DNA of 64,000 bases from Terriglobia bacterium (GTDB lineage: Bacteria > Acidobacteriota > Polarisedimenticolia > Polarisedimenticolales > JAIQFR01). Every line of letters starts with the position of its first letter. Positions within the stretch are counted from its first letter, which is position 1. The DNA is taken from positions 480,001-544,000 of the forward strand of contig CAVVHE010000009.1 of assembly GCA_963748015.1 (NCBI GenBank), given 5' to 3'. This document shows, piece after piece, positions 9,155-18,458 of this stretch. Below the pieces are notes generated by a model. The model did no database searches, was not told the DNA's origin, and saw nothing but the letters and a program-made list of their open reading frames with translations. The translations under genes were made by a program, and so were the position numbers.

Positions 9155-9222
9155 ACTCTACGGCCCGCCGGGCCCCGTCGCTCCGTCTTTTCGGCGAATG
9201 CGCGCCTTCCTCCGGCGAACGC
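9155..9222 (-). promoter_or_regulatory. Putative LytTR direct-repeat site and -10 box of the lia-like operon
   Basis: GCGTTCGCCG (9213-9222) and GCATTCGCCG (9192-9201) with 21-bp period; TAGAGT at 9155-9160. Confidence 0.6.
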
Positions 9223-9259
9223 CGCCGTAGTACCATTCCCCCCAATTTCCCCGGAACGA

Positions 9260-9297
9260 GGGACGGCAACCGGCCGCCGGTCGTTGCCCCCCGTCCC
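9260..9297. repeat. GGGACGGCAAC palindrome family, copy 2
   Basis: GGGACGGCAAC...GTTGCCCCCCGTCCC imperfect hairpin. Confidence 0.6.
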
Positions 9298-9320
9298 GGG
9301 ACCCCGAGGAGGTCTCGCCG

Positions 9321-11435
9321 ATGTCGAAGATGCTGCTGATCGCAGGGCTCCTGTGCCTCGCGGTGCCCGCTCTCGCCGAGGCGCCGCAGGCGCCCGCGAA
9401 GGACGGCAACCCGCTCCTCATGGAGTGGACCACGCCGTTCGGCGTGCCCCCGTTCGACAAAATCAAGGAGGAGCACTACCTCCCCGCGTTCAAGGAGGCG
9501 ATCGCGGAGCAGCGCAGGGAAGCGCAGGCCATATCGAAGAGCGAGGCCGCTCCCACCTTCGCGAACACGATCGAGGCGCTCGAACGGTCGGGGCGCGCGC
9601 TCGAGCGGGTGCGCGCCGTGTTCTTCGGGCTGCAATCGGCCGAGACCAACGAGCGGCACCAGGCGACGGCGAAGGAGGTCGCGCCGCTGCTGTCGGCTCT
9701 TCGCGACGACATCGCCCTCGACGAGAGCCTGTTCAAGCGCGTGAAGACGCTCCAGGAGAAGCGCGACGCCCTCGAACTCGACACCGAGCAGAAGATGTTG
9801 CTCAAGAACACCCACCGCGACTTCGTGCGCGGGGGCGCCAACCTCGATGCGAAGGGGAAGGAGCGGCTGCGCGCGATCAACACGGAGCTGTCGGTGCTCG
9901 GCGTGAAGTTCGGCGAGAACGTCCTCGCCGAGACGAACGCCTACAAGCTCGTGATCGAGAAGCGCGAGGACCTCGCGGGGCTGCCCGACCGCGTGGTGGC
10001 CGGGGCGGCCGACGCGGCCAAGGCGGCGAAGCTCGAGGGGAAGTGGGTCTTCACGCTGCAGGCGCCGAGCATCTGGCCGTTCCTGCAGTACGCGGACAAC
10101 CGCGAGCTGCGCAAGCAGCTCCTGACCGCGTACATCACTCGCGGCGACCACGGCGACAAGAGCGACAACAAGACCGCGCTCTCGAAAATCGCGGCGCTCA
10201 GGGCGGAGAAGGCGACGCTGCTCGGCTACCCGACCTTCGCGAACTACATCCTCGAGGAGAACATGGCCGAGAAGCCCGAGAGGGTGTACGGCCTCCTCAA
10301 CCAGCTCTGGACCCCTGCGCTCGCGGTGGCGAACAAGGAGGCCGCGGCGATCACGGAGGAGATCAAGAAGGAAGGGAAGGAGTTCGCGCTCGAGCCGTGG
10401 GACTGGCGCTACTACGCCGAGAAGATCAAGAAGGCCCGGTACGACGTGGACGAGCAGGCGGTGCGGCCGTACTTCGAGCTGGACCACGTCCGCGACGGCG
10501 CGTTCTACGTCGCGACCAAGCTCTATGGGATCACGTTCGTCGAGCGGAAGGACATCCCGGTCTACAACCCCGAGGTGCGCACCTACGAGGTGAAGGACGC
10601 CGACGGCTCGCACCTCGGCGTCCTGATGCTCGACTACCACCCGAGGCCCGGGAAGCGCAGCGGCGCGTGGAGCGGCCGCTACCGCGACCAGTGGGTGGAG
10701 AACGGCAAGGACGTGCGGCCGATCGTCAACAACGTCGGCAACTTCTCGCGGCCGGCGGGCGGGGCCCCGGCGCTCCTGAGCCTCGAGGAGACGGAGACGC
10801 TATTCCACGAGTTCGGCCACGGCCTGCACTCGCTGCTGTCGAGGTGCCACTACAGCAGCCTCGCGGCCACCTCGGTGCCGCGCGACTTCGTCGAGCTGCC
10901 GTCGCAGATCATGGAGAACTGGCTGCTCGAGCCCGAGGTCCTCAAGGTCTACGCCAAGCACTACAAGACCGGCGAGACGATCCCCGACGAGCTGGTCGCG
11001 AAGATCAAGAAGGCGAGACAGTTCAACGAGGGGTTCAATACGGTGGAGTACCTCGCCGCGTCGTTCCTCGACATGGACTGGCACACGCTGGCCGACCCGA
11101 AGGAGCGCGATGCGGTCGCGTTCGAGAAGGCGTCGCTCGGCAAGATCGGCCTGATCCCCGAGATCGTCGTGCGCTACCGCAGCCCGTACTTCAGCCACAT
11201 CTTCAGCGGCGGCTACGCGGCCGGCTACTACGGGTACGTCTGGGCCGAGGTGCTCGACGCCGATGCCTTCCAGGCGTTCAAGGAGAAGGGACTGTTCGAC
11301 CCGGCCACCGCGAAGTCGTTCCGCACGAACATCCTCGAGCGCGGCGGCACCGAGGAGCCGATGGTCCTCTACAAGCGCTTCCGCGGGCGGGAGCCGAGCG
11401 TCGAGCCGCTCCTCGTCCGCCGCGGCTTGAAGTAA
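9321..11435 (+). CDS. dcp: Secreted M3A metallopeptidase, peptidyl-dipeptidase Dcp-like
   Basis: Signal peptide; NPLL..W..PFGVPPFDKI, HEFGHGLH, DFVELPSQIMENW and YFSHIFSGGYAAGYY motifs. Confidence 0.93.
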   Translation: MSKMLLIAGLLCLAVPALAEAPQAPAKDGNPLLMEWTTPFGVPPFDKIKEEHYLPAFKEAIAEQRREAQAISKSEAAPTFANTIEALERSGRALERVRAVFFGLQSAETNERHQATAKEVAPLLSALRDDIALDESLFKRVKTLQEKRDALELDTEQKMLLKNTHRDFVRGGANLDAKGKERLRAINTELSVLGVKFGENVLAETNAYKLVIEKREDLAGLPDRVVAGAADAAKAAKLEGKWVFTLQAPSIWPFLQYADNRELRKQLLTAYITRGDHGDKSDNKTALSKIAALRAEKATLLGYPTFANYILEENMAEKPERVYGLLNQLWTPALAVANKEAAAITEEIKKEGKEFALEPWDWRYYAEKIKKARYDVDEQAVRPYFELDHVRDGAFYVATKLYGITFVERKDIPVYNPEVRTYEVKDADGSHLGVLMLDYHPRPGKRSGAWSGRYRDQWVENGKDVRPIVNNVGNFSRPAGGAPALLSLEETETLFHEFGHGLHSLLSRCHYSSLAATSVPRDFVELPSQIMENWLLEPEVLKVYAKHYKTGETIPDELVAKIKKARQFNEGFNTVEYLAASFLDMDWHTLADPKERDAVAFEKASLGKIGLIPEIVVRYRSPYFSHIFSGGYAAGYYGYVWAEVLDADAFQAFKEKGLFDPATAKSFRTNILERGGTEEPMVLYKRFRGREPSVEPLLVRRGLK

Positions 11436-11442
11436 TCGAGCC

Positions 11443-11492
11443 GGGGACGGCAACCTGCGATGGGGACGGCAACCGCGCGCGGTTGCCGTCCC
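11443..11492. repeat. GGGACGGCAACC palindrome family, copy 3 (one lone arm plus a perfect hairpin); likely dcp terminator
   Basis: GGGGACGGCAACC at 11443 and 11462; complement GGTTGCCGTCCC at 11481-11492. Confidence 0.75.
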
Positions 11493-11526
11493 TGCTTTCG
11501 AAGGTCCCAAGGTCCCAGGGACGGAG

Positions 11527-14500
11527 GTGCCGATGCGCGCGAGGGTGACGGTGTCCGCATTCCTGCTGATCGCGCTCGCAGGTTCGGGAGCGGCACCGGG
11601 CGCTCCGGCCCCCGCGCCGGCCGACGTCCCGGTCGCCCGCTTCGACCTGATCGTCCGGAACGGCACGGTGTACGACGGCACGGGCTCTCCCGGCAGGCGC
11701 GCCGACGTGGGCGTGCGCGGGGACAGGGTGGCGGCCGTGGGGGATCTCTCCCGCGCCGAGGCGTCCCGCGCGATCGACGCCGCGGGGATGGCCGTCTCGC
11801 CCGGCTTCATCAACATGCTCTCGTGGGCGAACGAGTCGCTGATCGTGGACGGCCGCTCGATGAGCGACGTCAAGCAGGGGGTCACCCTCGAGGTGTTCGG
11901 CGAGGGCTGGTCCATGGGGCCCTACACCGCCAAGATGAAGGCCGAGGCGAAGGAGCAGCAGGGCGACATCCGGTACGACGTCACGTGGACCACGCTGGGG
12001 GAGTACCTCGACGGCCTGGTCGCGCGCGGCGTGTCCCCGAACGTCGCCAGCTTCGTGGGCGCCACGACCCTCCGCATCCACGAGCTGGGGTACGCCGACC
12101 GCGCGCCGTCCCCCGAGGAGCTGGCGCGCATGCAGGATCTCGCCCGCGAGGCGATGCGCGAGGGCGCGCTCGGCATCGGCGCGGCGCTGATCTACGCTCC
12201 GGGGTTCTTCGCCAAGACGCCCGAGCTGCTCGCGCTGGTCCGCGCGGCCTCCGAGTACGGCGGCGGGTACGTGGCGCACATGCGCAGCGAGGCGGGCCGG
12301 TTCCTCGAGGCGCTGGACGAGACGATCGGCATCGCGCGCGACGCCGGCGTGCACGGCGAGGTCTACCACCTGAAGGCCGCGGGAGAGGCCAACTGGCCGA
12401 AGATGGCGCAGGCCGTCGCGCGCATCGAGGCGGCGCGGTCGCAGAAGCTCTCCGTCGGCGCGAACATGTACCCGTACGTGGCGGGCGCGACCGGTCTCGA
12501 CGCGGCCATGCCGCCTTGGGTCCAGGAGGGCGGCCTCGACGCCTGGATCGAACGCCTGAAGAAGCCCGCGGTCCGGGCCCGCGTGCTCAAGGAGATGCGC
12601 ACGCCGAGCGACGCGTGGGAGAACCTCCTGCTCGCCGCCGGCTCCCCGACGCGGGTCAAGTTCATCGGGTTCAGGAGCGAGAAGCTGAAGCCGCTCACCG
12701 GGAAGACGCTCGAGGAGGTGGCGCGCCAGAGGGGCACCTCGCCCGAGGACACCGCGATCGACCTCGTCATCGAGGACCATTCGCGGGTCGACACCGCGTA
12801 CTTCCTGATGAGCGAGGAGAACGTGGAGCAGGCGTTAAGGCAGCCCTGGGTCGGCTTCGGCTCCGACGCGGAGTCGTCCGCCCCCGAGGGGGTGTTCCTG
12901 AAGTCGAGCACGCACCCGCGCGCCTACGGCACCTTCGCGCGGGTGCTCGGTCACTACGTCCGCGACCGAAAGGTCCTGCCTCTCGAGGAGGCCGTCCGCC
13001 GGATGACGCGCCTCCCGGCGGAGAGCTGGAAACTGAAGGACCGGGGCTGCCTCGAAGCCGGCTGCTTCGCCGACCTCGTGGTCTTCGATCCCGCGACGAT
13101 CGCGGACCGCTCGACCTACGACCAGCCGCGGCAATACGCCGTCGGCGTGCGGCACGTCCTCGTGAACGGCGTGCAGGTGCTCCGGGACGGCGAGCACACG
13201 GGGGCGAAGCCCGGGCGCGTCGTGCGCGGGCCGGGCTGGTGCGGTTGGCAGCCGGAGCGGTGCGGGATGGGAGCGACGCGCGCCGCGAGCGGCGCCGCGC
13301 CGATGCCCGGGACGCCCCCGCCGATACCGGCGGTCGACGTGCGGTGGGGCGTCAAGATCCCGATGCGCGACGGGGTCGAGCTGAACGCGACGCTCTACCT
13401 CGGACGCCAGTCGGCGGGACCCGAGCCCTGCGTCTTCACGCTGACGCCGTACGTCGCACAGAGCTACCACGACCGCGGCATGTACTTCGCGTCGAACGGC
13501 TACGCCTTCTTGACCGTCGACGTGCGAGGGCGGGGGAACTCCGGCGGCGAGTTCACACCGCTGCTGCAAGAGGCGAAGGACGGCCACGACGTCGTCGAGT
13601 GGCTGGCGAAGCAGCCCTACTGCAACGGCAAGGTCGCGATGTGGGGAGGCTCGTACGCCGGGTACGACCAGTGGGCCACGGCCAAGGAGCTCCCGCCGCA
13701 CCTCGCCACGATCGTTCCGGTCGCGTCGCCCTACGCCGGCGTGGATTTCCCGATGGACCGGGGGATGTTCGGAAGCTACGACATCCAGTGGCTGACGTTC
13801 GTCGCCGGGCACACCAGCCAGGAGAGGATCTTCGGCGACCAGCCGCTGTGGGTGTCGGTGTTCAAGAAGATGTACCTCGAGCACCGCCCGTTCCGTGAGC
13901 TCGACCGGCTCGCGGGCATGCCCTCGAAGGTGTTCCAGACGTGGGTCTCCCACCCGGCGCCTGACGCGTACTGGGATTCCTACAATCCGACCCCCGAGCA
14001 GTACGCGAAGCTCGACCTGCCGATCCTCACCATCACCGGGCAATACGACGGCGACCAGCCCGGCGCGCTAACGCACTACCGGCTGCACCTTCGCAACGCG
14101 GAGCCTTCGGCGAGGGCGAAGCATTTCCTCGTGATCGGGCCCTGGGACCACGCGGGGACGCGCACCCCGCGCGCGGAGTTCGGAGGGCTCGAGTTCGGGC
14201 CGGCGAGCCTCGTGGACCTGAACGCGCTCCACAGGGACTGGTACGACTGGACGATGAAGTCCGGCCCGAGACCGGCGTTCCTCGAGGCGCCGGTGGTCTA
14301 CTACGTCGCCGGGGCGGACAGGTGGCGCCACGCGGAGACGCTCGACTCGATCGGCGCGGAGTCGCGGCCGTTCTACCTCGATTCGACCGCGGCCGGCGCG
14401 AACGACGTCTTCCGCAGCGGCACGCTAGGCTCCGGAAAGGGAAAGGGAGGGCCCGACGCCTACGTGTACGACCCGCTCGACACGTGGGCGGCCGAGCTCG

Positions 14501-15039
14501 CCGACGACACGACGGCGCCCGAGCTCGCCGACCAGCGCGGCGCGCTGCTCAACCGCGGCCGCAGCTTGATCTACCACTCGGCGCCGCTCGAGCGCGACAC
14601 CGAGCTCGGCGGCTTCTTCAAGCTGACCGCCTACGTCTCCCTCGACCAGCCCGACACCGACCTTGCGGTCGCGGTGTACGACATCGCGCCCGACGGGAGC
14701 GCCATCTTCCTGTGCGGCGACGCGCGGCGCGCCCGCTACAGGGCGGGCCCGCGGGCGCCGAAGCTCGCGACGCCCGGCCGGATCGAGCTCTACGATTTCG
14801 ACCGCTTCGGCTTCGTCGCGCGCGTCATCCCGAAGGGCCACCGCCTGCGTCTCACGATCGGCCCGGCCGATTCACCCTTCGAGGAGAAGAACTACAACGC
14901 CGGCGGCGTGGTCGCCGAGGAGAGCGGCAAGGACGCGCGCACGGTCAAGGTGAAGCTGTACCACGACCCCGCCCGTCCCAGCGCGCTGTACGTGCCGATC
15001 CAGAAATTCGACGCGGCGGCCGGGGAGCGGCAGCGGTAG
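11527..15039 (+). CDS. Fusion: N-acyl-D-amino-acid deacylase (amidohydrolase) + CocE/NonD (S15) serine hydrolase
   Basis: IVRNGTVYDGTG, HPRAYGTFARVLG and ADLVVFDP in the N-half; IPMRDGVEL, DVRGRGNS, WGGSYAG and GPWDH in the C-half; signal peptide; continuous 1170-aa frame. Confidence 0.9.
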   Translation: MPMRARVTVSAFLLIALAGSGAAPGAPAPAPADVPVARFDLIVRNGTVYDGTGSPGRRADVGVRGDRVAAVGDLSRAEASRAIDAAGMAVSPGFINMLSWANESLIVDGRSMSDVKQGVTLEVFGEGWSMGPYTAKMKAEAKEQQGDIRYDVTWTTLGEYLDGLVARGVSPNVASFVGATTLRIHELGYADRAPSPEELARMQDLAREAMREGALGIGAALIYAPGFFAKTPELLALVRAASEYGGGYVAHMRSEAGRFLEALDETIGIARDAGVHGEVYHLKAAGEANWPKMAQAVARIEAARSQKLSVGANMYPYVAGATGLDAAMPPWVQEGGLDAWIERLKKPAVRARVLKEMRTPSDAWENLLLAAGSPTRVKFIGFRSEKLKPLTGKTLEEVARQRGTSPEDTAIDLVIEDHSRVDTAYFLMSEENVEQALRQPWVGFGSDAESSAPEGVFLKSSTHPRAYGTFARVLGHYVRDRKVLPLEEAVRRMTRLPAESWKLKDRGCLEAGCFADLVVFDPATIADRSTYDQPRQYAVGVRHVLVNGVQVLRDGEHTGAKPGRVVRGPGWCGWQPERCGMGATRAASGAAPMPGTPPPIPAVDVRWGVKIPMRDGVELNATLYLGRQSAGPEPCVFTLTPYVAQSYHDRGMYFASNGYAFLTVDVRGRGNSGGEFTPLLQEAKDGHDVVEWLAKQPYCNGKVAMWGGSYAGYDQWATAKELPPHLATIVPVASPYAGVDFPMDRGMFGSYDIQWLTFVAGHTSQERIFGDQPLWVSVFKKMYLEHRPFRELDRLAGMPSKVFQTWVSHPAPDAYWDSYNPTPEQYAKLDLPILTITGQYDGDQPGALTHYRLHLRNAEPSARAKHFLVIGPWDHAGTRTPRAEFGGLEFGPASLVDLNALHRDWYDWTMKSGPRPAFLEAPVVYYVAGADRWRHAETLDSIGAESRPFYLDSTAAGANDVFRSGTLGSGKGKGGPDAYVYDPLDTWAAELADDTTAPELADQRGALLNRGRSLIYHSAPLERDTELGGFFKLTAYVSLDQPDTDLAVAVYDIAPDGSAIFLCGDARRARYRAGPRAPKLATPGRIELYDFDRFGFVARVIPKGHRLRLTIGPADSPFEEKNYNAGGVVAEESGKDARTVKVKLYHDPARPSALYVPIQKFDAAAGERQR

Positions 15040-15085
15040 AGCGCAGGGTGGGCGCGCGTTCGCGGGAGGTCGCCCGCGAGGCGGC

Positions 15086-16168
15086 TCAGTCCTCTTCGCT
15101 TCCCTGGAGGGGCTTCGCGGGGGCGAACCCCTTGCTCTCCTCCGCGGCGATGTCGCCCGCGACGAAGTAGAGCTGCAGGGTCTGTCCGTCGCCCACGGGC
15201 GCGGATCGCACGTGATAGACCCCGCCCGGCTCGAGCTCCGCGACGAGCGTGTCACGGGACGCGAAGAGCTTGTCTCCGAGGCCGGTCGCAAACATCTTGA
15301 ACTTGACCTTGGTCGTGAGCTCGTGCCGGCCGGCGGGCAGGGTGGTCTCGTAGACGGTGCCTTTCGCGAGCACCGCCCGGGCGGCTCCATCGATGCGAAG
15401 GGTGAACTTCCGAAGCGAGGGGTCCGCCCGGTACACGCGCACGAGCGCCGTGCCGCTCGGCACGGGCGCGGCGGCGACCGCCGCGGCGGGCTCCGCCGCG
15501 GGCAACTCGACGATCTTCTCGAGAAGGGTGGCGTGAAGGATCGAGTCGATCTTCGGGAAGTCCTTACGGACGCTCGCGTCGCCGTCGCTCATCAAGGTCC
15601 GGATCATCTTCGACCACTTACGGGTGTCCTTCATGTGGGACGAATCCAGCGACGCTAGCACCTCGGCTCCCTCGACGATTCGGCCGAGCGCGGCGGCTCC
15701 GGACCGGCTTGCGGCGCTCCCGTCGGCGCCCGTCTGAATCCGCATCTCCGTGGCCGCGCCCTCGCCGAGCCCGTTGTTCAGGAGGAAGACGTCTCCGGCT
15801 CGGATCTTCCGTCGGGGCGGGTCACACGGGATGGGGGACTTTCCCCAGGCCTTCGTCGTCTTCGGGTCGCCGTTGATTCCGAAGTCCGCCCCGTTCTCCG
15901 CCGTGACGCGGATGAAGAGGTTGCCGTCCAGATAGCCGGAACGGACGAGGTTGTAGAAACGGTCCACCGCGAGCGGCGCCCAGGTCCGGTACGCCTCGAT
16001 CACGAAGGCGCCCTTCGTCGTTTCGAACCGCACGGCGAAGGCAGCCGGCGCCGTGTCGGAAGCGACCGCCGGGGCCGCGGCCTCGGGCTCCGCGCGCAAG
16101 GGAGCCGCCGAGACGAGCGCGGTGACGATGACGATCGCCGAGAGCCTGATCCGACTACTCGTTGCCAT
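15086..16168 (-). CDS. Secreted cyclophilin-like domain fused to a DUF2846-like domain
   Basis: VRFETTKGAFVIE..WAPLAVDRFYNLV..G cyclophilin start; C-terminal ALVRVYR...LPAGRHEL...LEPGGVYHVR. Confidence 0.75.
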   Translation of the reverse strand: MATSSRIRLSAIVIVTALVSAAPLRAEPEAAAPAVASDTAPAAFAVRFETTKGAFVIEAYRTWAPLAVDRFYNLVRSGYLDGNLFIRVTAENGADFGINGDPKTTKAWGKSPIPCDPPRRKIRAGDVFLLNNGLGEGAATEMRIQTGADGSAASRSGAAALGRIVEGAEVLASLDSSHMKDTRKWSKMIRTLMSDGDASVRKDFPKIDSILHATLLEKIVELPAAEPAAAVAAAPVPSGTALVRVYRADPSLRKFTLRIDGAARAVLAKGTVYETTLPAGRHELTTKVKFKMFATGLGDKLFASRDTLVAELEPGGVYHVRSAPVGDGQTLQLYFVAGDIAAEESKGFAPAKPLQGSEED

Positions 16169-16349
16169 GGGCGACCTCCCAGCGGGTGACGACCTCCTAC
16201 CCGCACGGATGGCCCGAGTCTGCGCCCGTCATTGGGTCGAATCAAGTCTGACGGAGCGACGGTACTCTTAAGCGTTGCAGTCAAACAACTTAAGCAGGCG
16301 CTAGTGGGTGGCGGACGGGACGGGTTGCCGCTCCTCCGGAACCTCTCCT

Positions 16350-16376
16350 TGAAACGGCGGGGTGCTCCCGTTCGTC
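16350..16376 (+). promoter_or_regulatory. Putative ECF sigma promoter of the Spy-like gene
   Basis: TGAAAC-17 nt-CGTC, a common ECF -35/-10 pattern, upstream of an ECF-containing cluster. Confidence 0.5.
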
Positions 16377-16414
16377 CCCAAAGCGAGGGAACAACGACCC
16401 CCACGGAGGACTCG

Positions 16415-16909
16415 ATGAAGACGACTTGGATGGCGAAGACGGCTCTCGGCGTCGCGATGCTCGCCCTGAGCCTCGGCGTGGTTTACGCGCAGGCGGGACC
16501 CGGCCCCGGGCCGCACGGCCCCGGACACGGGCCGGGCATGGGACCCGGGATGATGGGGAAGATGGCGGACGCTCTCGATCTCACCGCCGACCAGCGCGCG
16601 AAGCTCCGCCAGATCCGCGCGAAGTACATGGCCGGCGCGCTCGGGGACCACATGGACGCGATGCGCGAGGCGCGCGCGAATCTCCGCGTCGTGGTCCACG
16701 ACGTGGCCTCGACGGACGAGCAGGTTCAGGCCGCGGCCAACGCCGTGGCGAAGGAGATCCCGGTCCTCGCCGTCGAGGGACGCCGCATGGCGGCGGAGAT
16801 CTCCGCGGTCCTGACCCCCGAGCAGCGCGCGAAGGCGGCCGAGCTGCGGAAGCAGCACCGCGGGCAGCGCCGCGGCGATTCGCCGCTCGAAGAAGTGGAC
16901 GAGTTCTGA
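16415..16909 (+). CDS. Spy/CpxP-family periplasmic protein
   Basis: RBS GGAGGA; signal peptide; LDLTADQ and VLTPEQ (LTxxQ) motifs. Confidence 0.9.
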   Translation: MKTTWMAKTALGVAMLALSLGVVYAQAGPGPGPHGPGHGPGMGPGMMGKMADALDLTADQRAKLRQIRAKYMAGALGDHMDAMREARANLRVVVHDVASTDEQVQAAANAVAKEIPVLAVEGRRMAAEISAVLTPEQRAKAAELRKQHRGQRRGDSPLEEVDEF

Positions 16910-17031
16910 GCGACCGGGGCGGCGGATCCGCTCCGCCGCCCCGATCCTCCGATTCCCCGCGCGATGCTGCTATCCTCCCGAACGACGGAGCGAGCGCCTT
17001 CCGGACGCACGAACGGATGGATGCGAATTAG

Positions 17032-17622
17032 GTGGCCGAACTCCCCGAAACGGAACTCGACCTCCTGTCCGCCGCGAGAGAGGGCAGCCAGGATGCGGGC
17101 CGGCGCCTGATGGCGGCGCACGGCCCCTCGATGGTTCGAACCGCCCGCAACGTGCTCGGCCGCTACGGCGGCAACGAGGCGGACGACGTGGTCCAGGAAG
17201 CCTTCATCGCGGCGCTGACGACGGCGGCACTCCCGACGGGCGATCTGGGAGCGTGGCTGCGGGCCGTCACCGTGCGCAAGGCGCTCGATTCGATCCGGAC
17301 CGCCCGGAGGCGCGGCGAGCAGCCGCTCCCCGAGTCGGGCGCCGGGGTGGCGGAGCTCGAGCGGCAGGGGAGCGCATCCTTGCCGCTCGACGTCCTGGCC
17401 GTTCGCGAAGGGCTGCGGCTCCTGTCGCCCAAGGACCGGGCCGTGCTGACGCTCGTGGATCTCGAGGGACGCTCGATGGCCGAGACCGCGGCCGCCCTGG
17501 GGCTCACGAACGTCGCGGTGAGGCTCCGCGCCGTGCGGGCCCGCCGCAAGCTCGCCGGCGTGCTGCGGCGCCGGCTGCCGCGGGACGCGGCGGCGCTCGA
17601 CGCGCGAGGAGGAACACCATGA
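17032..17622 (+). CDS. ECF RNA polymerase sigma factor
   Basis: ADDVVQEAFI, AWLRAVTVRKALD, region 4 LVDLEGRSMAETAAALG. Confidence 0.9.
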   Translation: MAELPETELDLLSAAREGSQDAGRRLMAAHGPSMVRTARNVLGRYGGNEADDVVQEAFIAALTTAALPTGDLGAWLRAVTVRKALDSIRTARRRGEQPLPESGAGVAELERQGSASLPLDVLAVREGLRLLSPKDRAVLTLVDLEGRSMAETAAALGLTNVAVRLRAVRARRKLAGVLRRRLPRDAAALDARGGTP

Positions 17623-18008
17623 GCCGACACCCTCGAGAGCGCGACGACGACCGCGCGCTCGTCCGCGACGCGCTTCGGCGGGCCGCGGGCGAGGACGAGC
17701 CCGACTTGGCCCGCCTTCTCGACGCGGTCCCGGATCTCATGGCCGAGGCTCGGCGCAGGCGCGCCGCGGCCGTCGCGATCGCGCCCACGCTCTCCGACCG
17801 CGCCCGGCAGGCGATCCCGAGGCTCGCCGTCGCGACCGCGGTCGTCGTCGTCCTCGCCACGACCGTGACGTTCCTCGACCGCGACGCGGCAGCCGCCGAC
17901 TCGACGAGCTTCGACTCCCTGGTCCTCACCGGCCCGGAGAACGGCACCACCGATACCGGCGACATCCTGCTCGACGCCGTGACGAAGGGGGAGGAGAGCG
18001 ATGGGTGA
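17619..18008 (+). CDS. Putative single-TM anti-sigma factor
   Basis: ATGA overlap with sigma gene; one TM segment (LAVATAVVVVLATTVTF). Confidence 0.65.
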   Translation: MSRHPRERDDDRALVRDALRRAAGEDEPDLARLLDAVPDLMAEARRRRAAAVAIAPTLSDRARQAIPRLAVATAVVVVLATTVTFLDRDAAAADSTSFDSLVLTGPENGTTDTGDILLDAVTKGEESDG

Positions 18009-18390
18009 GGCGCAGTCACCGGCCCGGCGCCCCGGCGGCATCCTTGCCGTCATCGGCGTGTTCGCGCTCGGCCTGATCTGCGGCGCCGCGCTGCACTTCG
18101 CCGGCGCGCGCCTGATGCGAAGCCACTCTCTCCCCTTCGGCCCGCGCTCCTCCGACCGCGCCGGCCGCTACGCGATCGCGCACATGACCCGCGAACTCGA
18201 CCTCGACGCCGAGCAGCAGGAGAAGGTGCGCGCCGTGATCGAGCGCACGCGCACGAACGTCCACGAAGCCCTCGAGCAGAGCCGCGCGGAGATCCGCGCC
18301 CTCCTCCGTCCCGGCCAGCAGGAGAAGTTCGACCGCATGCGCCCCGCCGGCCCCCACCGCCCGGGCCGAGGCCGCCCCCCCACCCCGTAA
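18001..18390 (+). CDS. Membrane-anchored Spy/heavy-metal-sensor-like periplasmic protein
   Basis: N-terminal TM; ELDLDAEQQ and LLRPGQQEKF helical-hairpin motifs. Confidence 0.7.
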   Translation: MGEAQSPARRPGGILAVIGVFALGLICGAALHFAGARLMRSHSLPFGPRSSDRAGRYAIAHMTRELDLDAEQQEKVRAVIERTRTNVHEALEQSRAEIRALLRPGQQEKFDRMRPAGPHRPGRGRPPTP

Positions 18391-18458
18391 CCTCGGGTCG
18401 CGGCGACGGCTCGAAACCCGCTACAATGGCCGTTTACCGAGCGGACAGGAGCCCAGCC

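Noticed and set aside
16267..16294. CTTAAG...CTTAAG AT-rich imperfect palindrome, and CAAGTTATTG at 40791, as IHF or operator sites
   Set aside because: Weak, inconsistent match to the IHF consensus; cannot be assigned from sequence alone
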